A stretch of 64,000 nt of DNA. It comes from Desulfatiglandales bacterium (GTDB lineage Bacteria > Desulfobacterota > DSM-4660 > Desulfatiglandales > Desulfatiglandaceae). Numbering within the stretch: the first letter of the stretch is position 1; every line of letters starts with the position of its first letter. The DNA lies in assembly GCA_963662465.1 (NCBI GenBank), contig OY759599.1, positions 6,656,001 through 6,720,000 on the forward strand, written 5' to 3'. The notes beneath the pieces are model-generated. The model did not search any database and was not told the origin of the DNA. It worked only from the letters and a program-made list of their open reading frames with translations. The position numbers and the translations under genes were made by a program. This document shows positions 21,726 to 31,781 of the stretch, piece after piece.

Positions 21726-22560
21726 GATGTTCCTCTTTGTGGCTGCCTTTATCCTGCGCTGCTGCTTCCTGAAGCTGTTTTGTGAGCATCTGGTAGCTTT
21801 CCACATATTCGGGTTGATTTTCCTTTACGAAAATGCCCCGTTGGATCAGTTCCGGAGATGTTTCCGCTTTTTTTGATCCCCTCTTGACGGTATCTTCACG
21901 AAAAGTTTCCATGATTTCCACGGCGCCGCCGATTTTGTTTTTCCGACCATAGTAGGTGGGACATTGGCTCATGACCTCAACCAGGGAAAACCCCTTGTGC
22001 AGAATGGCTTCCTTGAAAATATCAATCATCTCCCGGACATGGTAGGTGGTGGTTCTGGCCGCAAAGGTGGCGCCGGCGCCCTTTGCCAGCGCCACAACGT
22101 CAAAGGGTTTGGAATCGGTTCCATAAACGGCGGTGGTGGCTTTTTTCCCGGTGGGCGTCAGGGGGGAGTACTGCCCGCCCGTCATGCCGTAGATGCTGTT
22201 GTTCATGATGATGGCGGTGAGATCCACATTCCGCCTGGCCGCATGGATCAGGTGATTTCCGCCGATGGCCAGGGCGTCTCCATCTCCCATGGGAACGATG
22301 ACATTCAGTTCTGGACGACCCATTTTGACCCCCATGGCGAAGGCCAGCGCCCTTCCATGGAGGGTGTGCATGGTATGAAAATCGAGATATCCCGGCATGC
22401 GGGATGAGCATCCAATGCCGGATACCACCACAATGTCATTTTTTTTCAAATGCAACTGGTCAATGGCCCGTATCATATTGCCCATGACGATGCCGTGCCC
22501 GCAGCCGGGGCACCAGATATGCGGCAGAAAGCGTTCCCGGATATAGTCTTTGACCGCCAT
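21718..22560 (-). CDS. korB: 2-oxoacid:ferredoxin oxidoreductase beta subunit
   Basis: WCPGCG, GIGCS, HGRA, GDGD TPP motif, YGMTGGQ. Confidence 0.93.
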   Translation of the reverse strand: MAVKDYIRERFLPHIWCPGCGHGIVMGNMIRAIDQLHLKKNDIVVVSGIGCSSRMPGYLDFHTMHTLHGRALAFAMGVKMGRPELNVIVPMGDGDALAIGGNHLIHAARRNVDLTAIIMNNSIYGMTGGQYSPLTPTGKKATTAVYGTDSKPFDVVALAKGAGATFAARTTTYHVREMIDIFKEAILHKGFSLVEVMSQCPTYYGRKNKIGGAVEIMETFREDTVKRGSKKAETSPELIQRGIFVKENQPEYVESYQMLTKQLQEAAAQDKGSHKEEHHE

Positions 22561-22561
22561 T

Positions 22562-23710
22562 TTACACTCCTTTTCCCTGGATCATATTGAGAACGCCTAA
22601 GATATCAGCCGGTGAAATGGACAACCCGTCAAACCGGTTGGCGAGGTATACCCTTTCAGGTCGGGTGACGGCCTTCCTCACTTCCTGGCAGACCTGCCCC
22701 ATGTTCATCTCCACCACCAGTACATGGGTCCTTCCCTTGCACATGCGGCGCACCAGTTGCCTCGGGAATGGCCAGAGAGTCTGCAATTCCAGGAGTCCGA
22801 TTTTCAGACCTCGTTGTCTGCGCGCCTCCACCATGTGCAGGGCGGTTCTGGCCGAACTTCCGAATGAAATCAGCAATATCTCAGCGTCTTCTGTCCAGTA
22901 TTCCTTATAACAGGCCAGTTCGTCGGCCTTGTTTTCAAGCTTGTCCACCAGATGATGCAGCAGGTCATAGGCCACTTTGGGGTCGTTGGAGGGAAACCCC
23001 CACATGTCATGAACCAGACCCGTGACGTTGTATCTGTGGATGCCGCCAAAATCGCTCATGGGAAGCCTGCCGTCTTCACGGGTCAGGTAGGGATGAAAAT
23101 TGATCCCTTCGGGGACCGACGTGCGCAGTCTCTCAACCACGTTAATTTCTCCCGGTTCGGGAATGTGGACCGTTTCACGCATGTGGGCCACCACTTCATC
23201 AAAAAGGAGGATCACCGGTGTCCGGTAGGTTTCCGCCAGGTTAAAAGCCTCCACGGTCATCAGGAAAACGTCTTGCAGGTTGGATGCGGTAAGCGTTATG
23301 ATGCTGTGGTCTCCGTGGGTTCCCCACCTGGCCTGCATGACGTCCCCCTGGGCAACGCCCGTGGGCAACCCGGTACTGGGTCCCCCTCTTTGTACGTTGA
23401 CCACTACGGAGGGCACTTCGGCCATGACCGCATAGCCGATGGCTTCCTGTTTGAGGGAAAAACCGGGACCGCTTGTGGCGGTCATGACCTTCAGTCCGGT
23501 GAGAGAGGCGCCGATGATGGCGCACATGGAAGATATTTCATCTTCCATCTGAAGGAATTTTTGTCCTAGTTTCGGCAGTTTTTCAGACAGTTTTTCGGCG
23601 ATTTCAGTGGAAGGGGTGATGGGATACCCCGCAAAAAACTGCAACCCCGCATAAAGGGCGCCCTGTACAATGGCCTCATTGCCTTGAATAAATGTGGTAC
23701 CGGATTTCAC
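22562..23710 (-). CDS. korA: 2-oxoacid:ferredoxin oxidoreductase alpha subunit
   Basis: GNEA, YPITPS, EDE, TSGPG, QRGGPSTG; GTG start after GGAGGAG. Confidence 0.93.
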   Translation of the reverse strand: MKSGTTFIQGNEAIVQGALYAGLQFFAGYPITPSTEIAEKLSEKLPKLGQKFLQMEDEISSMCAIIGASLTGLKVMTATSGPGFSLKQEAIGYAVMAEVPSVVVNVQRGGPSTGLPTGVAQGDVMQARWGTHGDHSIITLTASNLQDVFLMTVEAFNLAETYRTPVILLFDEVVAHMRETVHIPEPGEINVVERLRTSVPEGINFHPYLTREDGRLPMSDFGGIHRYNVTGLVHDMWGFPSNDPKVAYDLLHHLVDKLENKADELACYKEYWTEDAEILLISFGSSARTALHMVEARRQRGLKIGLLELQTLWPFPRQLVRRMCKGRTHVLVVEMNMGQVCQEVRKAVTRPERVYLANRFDGLSISPADILGVLNMIQGKGV

Positions 23711-23910
23711 GATGGATTCTCCTCCAGCTCGATGGCCATGTCGGGGCATCTCAATTCACAAAGGCCGCAATTGATGCAGTTTTCGGGATGGGCCCAGCAG
23801 GCCTTGTCCTGATCATCCAGAACCAGAACTTCCTTGGGACAGAAGGCCACGCAGATGCCGCATCCTTTGCACCAGTCTCTGTTGATAATGACGTTTTTTT
23901 TGGGTTCCAT
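23707..23910 (-). CDS. korD: 2-oxoacid:ferredoxin oxidoreductase delta subunit (2x[4Fe-4S] ferredoxin)
   Basis: Two CxxCxxCxxxCP motifs. Confidence 0.92.
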   Translation of the reverse strand: MEPKKNVIINRDWCKGCGICVAFCPKEVLVLDDQDKACWAHPENCINCGLCELRCPDMAIELEENPS

Positions 23911-24060
23911 GGTTGTGTCTTTCCGCAGCCTCTATTTTTCCGCGCTTTTTGGGAAATGCTTTTTTGCTGAAAAACCGTTACCGCTTTTCAATATGTGCCC
24001 ATATTAAGGGATGTGCATGAAAAATGCAAGCCCGGCATCATTGGGCGACGAAGCCTTCAA

Positions 24061-25107
24061 TCACACCTGTCCATACCACACCCCCCGCCCGCTGCCATGT
24101 TGGGAAAGATGACCCTCTTTTACCAAATTCCGCAAATGGTGTTTGATGGTATTGCGGTTGGCTTCGGTCAATTGAAGGGCATCGGAGATTGTGAGTCGGC
24201 CATGATCCCGGGCTATCTCAAAGAGCTGCTGAGATAGCGGCGGTAAAGAAAGGAGCCATCGCTCTTTTTCTATTTTGGCAGAAAGCACGTCTTTTTGCCG
24301 GACCAGGCAGGACAAAAAGAAGTCGATCCAGTGGGGCAGACCTTCCTCGTCCCGGTCCAGCGTTTGCTGCGCTGTTCTGAGTGCGAGATAATAACGGTCT
24401 TTGTTGTCTTCAATGACCCGTTCGAGAGAACTGTACGGCACGTAATCGTACCCTGCCCGAAGAAGGAGCAAGGTGGTCAACACGCGGGAGAGTCTGCCGT
24501 TGCCGTCCTGAAAGGGATGGATGGCCAGAAAGCGCACCACGAATACAGCGATGACCAGCAGCGAGTGATGTTCACCGCCTTCAAGCATGTTTTTAATTTC
24601 CGCTGTCAGCAGTTCCATGCGCCGGGGGGTATCAAAGGGTGACGCGGTTTCGAATATGACGCCCAGGCTTTTGCCGTAAGCGTCAAAAGCCTCCACGTGA
24701 TTGGGCAGTGTTTTGTAGTGGCCGCGATGTCGCTGGTCCTTGCCCGAGTATTTGAGCAAAACACCGTGAAGCTGTTTGATGTGGTTTTCCGTCAGATGAA
24801 TTTCCGTCCACGAATGAAACACCATTTCCATGGTTTCAGCGTAGCCCGCCACTTCCTGCTCGTCCCGTGAACGGAAAGAATGAACTTCCAGACCGCGTAA
24901 GAGTCGTTCCACTTCCCTGTTGGACAGCTTTGCACCTTCAATGCGCGTGGATGAACCTACGGATTCAATGGTTGCCACATGCCGCAAGGTTGAAAGACGC
25001 TCCGGCGCGAGCCTCCCCAAAGCCTTCCACTGCCCCTTGAATTCATCGATTTGGGCAATTTGCCGCAGGATGGTCGGGGTGATTTCGAAGTTCTTCAGGC
25101 ATTCCAT
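24061..25107 (-). CDS. Fic family protein (class II, N-terminal inhibitory helix, C-terminal wHTH)
   Basis: HPFQDGNGRLSR Fic motif; STRIEG inhibitory motif; start at MECLK after AAGGA. Confidence 0.93.
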   Translation of the reverse strand: MECLKNFEITPTILRQIAQIDEFKGQWKALGRLAPERLSTLRHVATIESVGSSTRIEGAKLSNREVERLLRGLEVHSFRSRDEQEVAGYAETMEMVFHSWTEIHLTENHIKQLHGVLLKYSGKDQRHRGHYKTLPNHVEAFDAYGKSLGVIFETASPFDTPRRMELLTAEIKNMLEGGEHHSLLVIAVFVVRFLAIHPFQDGNGRLSRVLTTLLLLRAGYDYVPYSSLERVIEDNKDRYYLALRTAQQTLDRDEEGLPHWIDFFLSCLVRQKDVLSAKIEKERWLLSLPPLSQQLFEIARDHGRLTISDALQLTEANRNTIKHHLRNLVKEGHLSQHGSGRGVWYGQV

Positions 25108-25251
25108 ATGGATTGTCCTTTCAATGGATCTTGACCCACAAATTGACCCAATATTACCCAAAAAAACCTTCGTCGTCAAAGGTATCGGGGGTTTTTTTCT
25201 TGACAGGATTAACAAGATCGATGGTCCAGTTGAAATCGGCAGATATGTTCG

Positions 25252-27237
25252 TCATTGTTTCAGCCGGTGACTTGATCCCCATTTCCGAAGGATTTCAAGC
25301 AGCCCCTCTTTGTTGATGGGTTTTACAATATAATCATCCATGCCCGATTCAAGACATTTTTCCCGGTCTCCATTCATGGCCTGACCGGTCATGGCCACAA
25401 TGGGAATCCTGGGAATTGGCGTTTGCCCGCTTTCAAATTTTCGAATGGCTTTGGTTCCGCTAAGGCCATCCATGCCGGGCATTTGAACGTCCATGAAGAT
25501 CAGATCGAAATTTCCAGGGGCATGCCTGTATTTCAACAAGGCTTCTTCGCCGTCATGGGCCATCTCGACCCGGTGACCGGCTTTGGTGAGTATCTTTTCC
25601 GCAAGCTTCCGGTTTACCGGGTTGTCTTCCGCCAAAAGAATATTCAGATGTTGTTCCTGTTTGGCCGGCAGGGGTTTTGAAGATGTGGCAGGTGGAATGT
25701 CGACTCCCATAGGGGCTTTTTCGCTTAGGGAAAACCGCAGGCTGAAACAGGTGCCTTTTTCCACCTCGCTTTTGACTTCCACTGCCACCCCGTGTTTTTC
25801 AAGGATCTCCTTGACGATGGACATGCCTAAGCCCGTTCCCTGCTCGCCGCGGGTGCCGCTTTGGGATGTTTTGGTGAATTGATCAAACAAATAGGGAATT
25901 TTGTCTTCCGGTATGCCGATTCCCGTGTCCGTCACTTTTACCTGTATCAAGTTTTCGGATGCCGATTCAATTTCTATTCGAATGGCGCCGTTTTCCGGGG
26001 TAAATTTGATGGCGTTGCTCAACAGATTGTTAAACACCCGGCCCAATCCGCTGGCATTGGCCATGACGACGGCCCCTTCACATCGGTTTTCAAATTGAAT
26101 TTCCTGACCTTTTGCGGTAGCCATCTGTTTGAGTGAATTGATGCTTGTTTTGATAACCTGGGCGAGGTTGACGGGATCCATTTTCAATTCAGCGGTTTCC
26201 GCTTTGGCCTTGCTGAGATCCAGGATATCATTGATGAGACCGAGCAGTATGTTTCCCGAGGTTTTGATGTGGTCGAGTCCTTCCCTGTCCTCCGGTTCCA
26301 GGTATTCTTTTTCAAGCAGCAGATCCGCAAAGCCCAGGATTCCGTTTAAGGGAGAGCGCAGATCATGGGAGCAGACCGCCAGAAGGTTGTCTTTCATGTG
26401 GTTTAGGTCCGTGAGTTCACGAACCATTGTACGCAGATGTTTGTTGAGCAGATTTCTTTCCAGATGAACCGTGATGCGGGCGAGCAGCTCTTCCTTGGCA
26501 AATGGTTTCATCAAATAGTCGGTGGCGCCCACCTTGAATACCTCCAGCAGTTGGGACTGGTCCGCACTGGCGGTCAGGAAGATAACGGGAAGGTCGGACA
26601 GGTTCAACTCTTGTCTGATTTTCCGGGTCAGTTCACACCCATCCATGTTGGGCATATTCAGGTCGGTAATGACCATATCGATTTCCATGTGCCGTTGCAC
26701 CAGAATGTCATACGCCTGAAGGCCGTCTTCCGCCTGGATCACCGTGAGTCCTTCCCGTCTGAGGTATTCCGATACGATGTGCCGCGCCACCCCGCTGTCA
26801 TCCACCACCAGGGCCGTCAATCCCTGAACCGTTTTTGCGGGTTTCAAAACCTTGTTGACGGCGGAAAGGATGGCGCCCCCGGCAAAGGGTTTGCTGATGA
26901 AGTCCGAGGCCCCCAGCTCAAAGCCCGTTTTGCGGTCTTCCATGGTGTCGTTTCCCGTCACGAAGATGACGGGCATCCGGTTGTCCGGGCAGTGGTTGAA
27001 GAAACGGGCATACCGCTCCCCGCGGAGTTTTCGGCAGGTGTCGAGCCCGTTGAGTTTGGGCATTTCAATGTCCAGGGTAACGAGGTCGGGCGGTGATGGT
27101 ATGGCCAGCCGCGTCAGGGCCTCGAGGCCGTTTTGGGCCTCGGAAACCTCATATCCGCCGGTTTCCAATTCCTTTCGAATGGTTTGCCGGATCATGGGGC
27201 TGTCGTCCACCACCAGAATTTTCATGGATCGGTCCAT
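25252..27237 (-). CDS. Hybrid histidine kinase (REC-REC-HisKA-HATPase-REC)
   Basis: Three receiver domains (LDIEMP, TDLNMP, MDVQMP), SHDLRSPL H-box, NLLSNAIKFT, GTGLG. Confidence 0.93.
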   Translation of the reverse strand: MDRSMKILVVDDSPMIRQTIRKELETGGYEVSEAQNGLEALTRLAIPSPPDLVTLDIEMPKLNGLDTCRKLRGERYARFFNHCPDNRMPVIFVTGNDTMEDRKTGFELGASDFISKPFAGGAILSAVNKVLKPAKTVQGLTALVVDDSGVARHIVSEYLRREGLTVIQAEDGLQAYDILVQRHMEIDMVITDLNMPNMDGCELTRKIRQELNLSDLPVIFLTASADQSQLLEVFKVGATDYLMKPFAKEELLARITVHLERNLLNKHLRTMVRELTDLNHMKDNLLAVCSHDLRSPLNGILGFADLLLEKEYLEPEDREGLDHIKTSGNILLGLINDILDLSKAKAETAELKMDPVNLAQVIKTSINSLKQMATAKGQEIQFENRCEGAVVMANASGLGRVFNNLLSNAIKFTPENGAIRIEIESASENLIQVKVTDTGIGIPEDKIPYLFDQFTKTSQSGTRGEQGTGLGMSIVKEILEKHGVAVEVKSEVEKGTCFSLRFSLSEKAPMGVDIPPATSSKPLPAKQEQHLNILLAEDNPVNRKLAEKILTKAGHRVEMAHDGEEALLKYRHAPGNFDLIFMDVQMPGMDGLSGTKAIRKFESGQTPIPRIPIVAMTGQAMNGDREKCLESGMDDYIVKPINKEGLLEILRKWGSSHRLKQ

Positions 27238-28094
27238 GGGTTGTTCTCCGGGTTATTGAGAGGCTGATAAAAAACAGAGCGCAGATACCGTCTGGGGATA
27301 AATCCCGGATCCACATTCATGAGGGATTCCGTGCCGCCGATAATCAGGTATCCGTCTTTTTCCAAAACCGCTGCAATCTTTTTAAAAAGCTTTTTCCGGT
27401 TTTCCATGCTGAAGTATACGCCTACATTTCGGCAGAAAACGATATCAAAGCGGTCCAGGCCCTGAAAGGGTTCCAGGAGATTGATGGTCTTAAACGTGAC
27501 CATGGCCTTGATGTCGTCTCTTATCTTCCAGATGCCGCCGGCATGGTCAAAATACTTTTCCAGTTTATCGTTTGAAAGGCCGCGTTTTATCTCGAATTGA
27601 TTATATTCGCCCCGACGGGCCTGGGCAATGGCCTGGTTGGACAGGTCCGTTCCCAGCAATCGGATTCGGTACCCTGTAAGATCCCCCAAGAGTTCTTTCA
27701 ATACAATGGCGATACTGTAAACCTCCTGACCGGTTGAACAGGCGGCGCTCCAGATGCGAATGGGCGTCGGGAAAAAGCCGGAAGCGCCCGCACGTCTTGC
27801 GTCAATGAGATCGGGAAGAATTTTGTGCTGAAGCAGCTCAAAGGGCCTGGTATCCCTGAAAAAAAGAGTTTCATTGGTTGAAATGCGATCAATGATTTTC
27901 TGTTGGATCACATGGCCGTTGATACTTTCGGTTTTATGGTAAAGTGCCAGAAAGGAGGTGCAGCACTCTTCTTCAAGCAGCCCGGCCAGCCGTGTTTCCA
28001 GAAGATAGGCTTTTTCCCTGCCCAGATGGATGCCCGATATCTTCTCAATATATTGACAAAACAGATCATTTTCTTCCGGTGTAATTTTTATCAT
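27222..28094 (-). CDS. cheR: Chemotaxis methyltransferase
   Basis: TNETLFFRD, IWSAACSTGQE, FCRNV. Confidence 0.95.
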   Translation of the reverse strand: MIKITPEENDLFCQYIEKISGIHLGREKAYLLETRLAGLLEEECCTSFLALYHKTESINGHVIQQKIIDRISTNETLFFRDTRPFELLQHKILPDLIDARRAGASGFFPTPIRIWSAACSTGQEVYSIAIVLKELLGDLTGYRIRLLGTDLSNQAIAQARRGEYNQFEIKRGLSNDKLEKYFDHAGGIWKIRDDIKAMVTFKTINLLEPFQGLDRFDIVFCRNVGVYFSMENRKKLFKKIAAVLEKDGYLIIGGTESLMNVDPGFIPRRYLRSVFYQPLNNPENNPWTDP

Positions 28095-28113
28095 TCATAT
28101 CTGCCGGTAGTTT

Positions 28114-29220
28114 TCACCGTCTTACGGTGGTGCTCTGAATCTGTTCCGCCATTTTTTCAAGGGGAACGACCACATCGACAATGCCCGCTTCAATGGATTT
28201 TTTGGCCATGCCGAAGACCACGCTGGTGCTTTCGTCCTGTGCAATGATGGTCGCCCCTTTTTCTTTCATCCGTTGCAGCCCCTTTGCTCCGTCGGCGCCC
28301 ATTCCGGTCATGATGACGCCGGTGGCGCAACCGCCGAAAAGTTCCGCCACCGATCTGAAAAGATAGTCAGCCGAAGGGGCGCACCCATTTTCCGGAGGGT
28401 CATCGGTAATCCGAATGATTTTGGCATTTTTGAAGATATCATCAATCACCTTCATCTGCCTGCCCCCCGGCGCGATATAGGCTGTATTGGGCAGAATTTT
28501 TTCGCCATCCACGGCTTCCTTGACTGTAATGGCGCACTGGCGGTCGAGATTTTTCGCAAGGGATGCCGTGAATACCGGGGGCATGTGCTGGGCAATCAAG
28601 AATGGCACTCCCAGATCGCCCGGTATTTTGGGAAGAAAATGGGCCAGGGCCACAGGCCCCCCCGTGGAGATGCCGATGGCCACAATTTCCGATTTATGGT
28701 GAAGGACGGCGGTTCTCACGGGGGTAGCCGGCGGTCTGTGAGAAACGGCGCCGGGCCGTTTACGTGTCGTCATCCCTTTGCCGTTTAAAATTTTTCGGAC
28801 TTCCCTCAGCCGGGCGAAGGCCTTGAGCATGGGCTTGAAGTTTTTTTTCAGTTCGGCCCGGTTTTCTTTCAGGGTGCCATGTTGCGGTTTGAGAATGAAA
28901 TCAAAGGCCCCCAGCTGCAGGGCCGTCATGGTCATGTCACTCCCTTTGCCGGTGTAGGCGCTGAGCATGATGGCGCCCACATTCGGGGCGTCTTTTGCCA
29001 TCCGTCGGAGTACCTCCAGACCGTTCATTTCAGGCATTTCAATGTCAAGGGTGACCAGGTCCGGTTTGAGATCCGCGATTTTGCGCATGGCGATTTTGCC
29101 GTTATGGGCGCTGCCCACAACCCTCACGCCGGGCAATTCGCTCAGCACTTCAGAGACCACCATGCGATATACCACCGTATCATCCACCACAAGGACCCTG
29201 AGATCAGTTTCGTTTTTCAT
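28114..29220 (-). CDS. cheB: Chemotaxis methylesterase
   Basis: REC plus GISTGG, QHMP, MTGMGADG. Confidence 0.96.
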   Translation of the reverse strand: MKNETDLRVLVVDDTVVYRMVVSEVLSELPGVRVVGSAHNGKIAMRKIADLKPDLVTLDIEMPEMNGLEVLRRMAKDAPNVGAIMLSAYTGKGSDMTMTALQLGAFDFILKPQHGTLKENRAELKKNFKPMLKAFARLREVRKILNGKGMTTRKRPGAVSHRPPATPVRTAVLHHKSEIVAIGISTGGPVALAHFLPKIPGDLGVPFLIAQHMPPVFTASLAKNLDRQCAITVKEAVDGEKILPNTAYIAPGGRQMKVIDDIFKNAKIIRITDDPPENGCAPSADYLFRSVAELFGGCATGVIMTGMGADGAKGLQRMKEKGATIIAQDESTSVVFGMAKKSIEAGIVDVVVPLEKMAEQIQSTTVRR

Positions 29221-29244
29221 GTTTTTTTCTCGAATTCGATGATG

Positions 29245-29694
29245 TCAGTCCAATATCTTTTCAATGTCCAAAATCCCAATGAGTCGATCGATGGTTTTGA
29301 TAACCCCATGAAAGAATTCCCCGTGAATGCCGTTCATATTGGCGGGAGGAGACTCCATCTCGTCAAGGGGAACCTCCACCACATCGCTGATTTGTTCCAC
29401 CAGGAGACCGATATATTCTCCCCTGGAACGAATGATGATGTTTCGCCCCTGATCCTCCGGATGGGTGTTGGATAACCCCAGTTTCAACCCGAGATCGATG
29501 ACCGTAACGATTTGCCCGCGAAGGTTCAATATTCCCTGAACGTATGGGGGGGCGCCCGGCACCGGCGTCAGATCGAGAAGTTTGTTGATTTCCTGAATTT
29601 TCAGGATATCGATGCCATATGCGGCGCCGCCAATGGTGAAGGTTGCCAGGTCCACGGTTTTTGCGCCGGCATGGTGTGGTGAAAATCCATTCAT
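29245..29694 (-). CDS. cheW: Chemotaxis scaffold protein
   Basis: YGIDILKIQEI, GILNLRGQIVTVIDL. Confidence 0.95.
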   Translation of the reverse strand: MNGFSPHHAGAKTVDLATFTIGGAAYGIDILKIQEINKLLDLTPVPGAPPYVQGILNLRGQIVTVIDLGLKLGLSNTHPEDQGRNIIIRSRGEYIGLLVEQISDVVEVPLDEMESPPANMNGIHGEFFHGVIKTIDRLIGILDIEKILD

Positions 29695-29713
29695 GACGGT
29701 GTATCCCCTTTTC

Positions 29714-31762
29714 TTAAACCTTGAAGCGTTCCGCCATTGCTTTCAGCTGTTCCGCCAGTCGGCTCAGGCTTTCGGCGCTCAGGTTGACCTGACTGCTGCC
29801 GGCGGACATCTCCCTGGCCGCATCATTGACGCCTGCAATATCCCTGGCAATCTCCGCTGCCACCGCGGAACTCTGGGCCACGTTTTCGGTGACTTCCTGA
29901 ATGCCCAATGCCGCCTGGGCCACATTGCCGGCGATATCCCGGGTGGTCACGGATTGTTCCTCCACTGCTGTGGCGATAATGGATACGATTTCATTGACTT
30001 CGTTGATGACCCTGGAAATCTGGTCGATCTGTTTGACGGTGCCGTCGGTGGAATTCTGAATGCCCTCTATTTTGCGCTTGATTTCGTCCGTTGCTTTTGC
30101 CGCCTGCTTGGCCAGTTCCTTGATTTCATTGGCCACCACCGCAAAGCCTCTCCCCGCATCACCGGCACGGGCGGCTTCGATGGTGGCATTCAGGGCCAGA
30201 AGGTTGGTCTGTTCTGAAATCTCCGTGATGGATTCCGTGACTTTTCCGATTTCCCTGGCCGCCTTCCCCAGTTCGTCCACGGTCACCGAAGCGCTTTTGG
30301 CTTCGGATACGGCTTTTTCAGTGATGCTAAGGGCTTTTTCAGTGTTCTGGGCAATTTCGCTGATGGTGGCGGTCATTTCTTCAGAGGCCGCGGCCACCAT
30401 GTTGACGTTGGTGGAGGCCTCCTCCGCGGCGGCGGCCACGGACGACATGTTGGCGCTCATCTCTTCCGCCGCGGTGGAAACCGTATTGGCTTTTTCAGAG
30501 GTCTGCCGGGCGCCGGAAGACATCTGGTGGCTGATGGTGCTGAGTTCCGTGGAGGAGCTTGAAAGGGTGTCCACGCCGTTTGCAATGTCCCGAATCATTT
30601 TCCCCAGGCTCGAAACCATGTTATTGAGGGCCTTGGCCAGGATGCCGATCTCATCTTTCCGGTCAATATCAAGGGTTTCGTTTAAATCACCGTCGGCCAT
30701 TTTTTTGGCGAAAAGGGTCCCTTTCTGAAGGGGTCGGATGATGGATATGCTCAGTAAAATACCTAAGAACAGCGCTGCGCCAAAGCCGATGATCATGCCC
30801 AGGATGGCGGTTATTCTGGCTTTTTTCGAATCCGATCGGGCAGCTTTTTCCTCATTGGCCACAACCGTTTCATTGACCGTAATGATATCATCTAAAAGCC
30901 TGTCCGAAATTTCATGTTTTTCAAGGGAGGTCACCATGGCGTAATGGGCCATGCTGTTGAAGATCTCTTCCGCTTTGGCCGTTTCACCCCGCATTGCTTC
31001 AAGATAGTTGATTATTTTATGCCCCGTAGGCGCCATTTCACTTTCAAAAAGAACACGGGCGCCATTGGTATCGCCTCGTTCCACCAGTTCCCTGATTTTT
31101 CCCACGGCGTCGTGGAATTTTTCGTGATACCCTAAGATGCCTTTTAGGGAGGCCAGTAATTCCGGGTTTGTTGTTTTGAAGGTTGGCGTCCAGTTCGCGA
31201 AAGGGCATGATGCCGTATCGTTTCCCCCGGTGAAAATTTTTCCCGTGAAGATCATTAGCAGGGTTTTTTCCATGAGCTTGTAGTGGTCACCCCTGAATGA
31301 TTCAATTTTGGTCTGCAGCGCCATTGGGTTCAGGATGTCCTTTTTGTCGAGTTCCTCACAGAGGGTAAAAAAGGTTTTGTCCCCCGTCTTGATCTCTTGT
31401 CGGGTGGCCATGAATTCTTTCCACAGTCGGGATTCTTCCGGGGTTTGGGGAAGGGGTTCATAGATTTCCACTGCAGCCTTGAACCGCTTTTCGGCTTCGG
31501 AAAAGTGCTTGTATTGCTGATGGCGGACTGCCATTTCCAGGTTGGGGTCCAGAAGTGTCCGCTGAACTTTGGTCATGCTCTCCATCTGCTCGCTCATGAT
31601 GAGCAAAGCCTTAATGCTGGGGAGGCGCACTTCGCTGATTTCAAGCAGATTGCCGTCAAGATTGCTGATGCTGCGCCATCCCACATATCCGACGATAAGG
31701 GTGATCAGTGCCACGATGGAAAAACCGCCAACCAATTTGACCATCAGCTTCAAATTTTTCAT
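29714..31762 (-). CDS. Methyl-accepting chemotaxis protein (TM-4HB/CZB-like-TM-HAMP-MA)
   Basis: QTNLLALNATIEAARAGDAGRGFAVVANEIKELA signalling tip; two TM helices; HAMP DEIG. Confidence 0.95.
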   Translation of the reverse strand: MKNLKLMVKLVGGFSIVALITLIVGYVGWRSISNLDGNLLEISEVRLPSIKALLIMSEQMESMTKVQRTLLDPNLEMAVRHQQYKHFSEAEKRFKAAVEIYEPLPQTPEESRLWKEFMATRQEIKTGDKTFFTLCEELDKKDILNPMALQTKIESFRGDHYKLMEKTLLMIFTGKIFTGGNDTASCPFANWTPTFKTTNPELLASLKGILGYHEKFHDAVGKIRELVERGDTNGARVLFESEMAPTGHKIINYLEAMRGETAKAEEIFNSMAHYAMVTSLEKHEISDRLLDDIITVNETVVANEEKAARSDSKKARITAILGMIIGFGAALFLGILLSISIIRPLQKGTLFAKKMADGDLNETLDIDRKDEIGILAKALNNMVSSLGKMIRDIANGVDTLSSSSTELSTISHQMSSGARQTSEKANTVSTAAEEMSANMSSVAAAAEEASTNVNMVAAASEEMTATISEIAQNTEKALSITEKAVSEAKSASVTVDELGKAAREIGKVTESITEISEQTNLLALNATIEAARAGDAGRGFAVVANEIKELAKQAAKATDEIKRKIEGIQNSTDGTVKQIDQISRVINEVNEIVSIIATAVEEQSVTTRDIAGNVAQAALGIQEVTENVAQSSAVAAEIARDIAGVNDAAREMSAGSSQVNLSAESLSRLAEQLKAMAERFKV

Positions 31763-31781
31763 TGTTTTAAACCTCCCTGTT

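Noticed and set aside
20570..25107. Uma2 and Fic genes flanking the kor operon as a defence island or mobile unit
   Set aside because: No boundaries, integrase or repeats; both families commonly occur as scattered singletons
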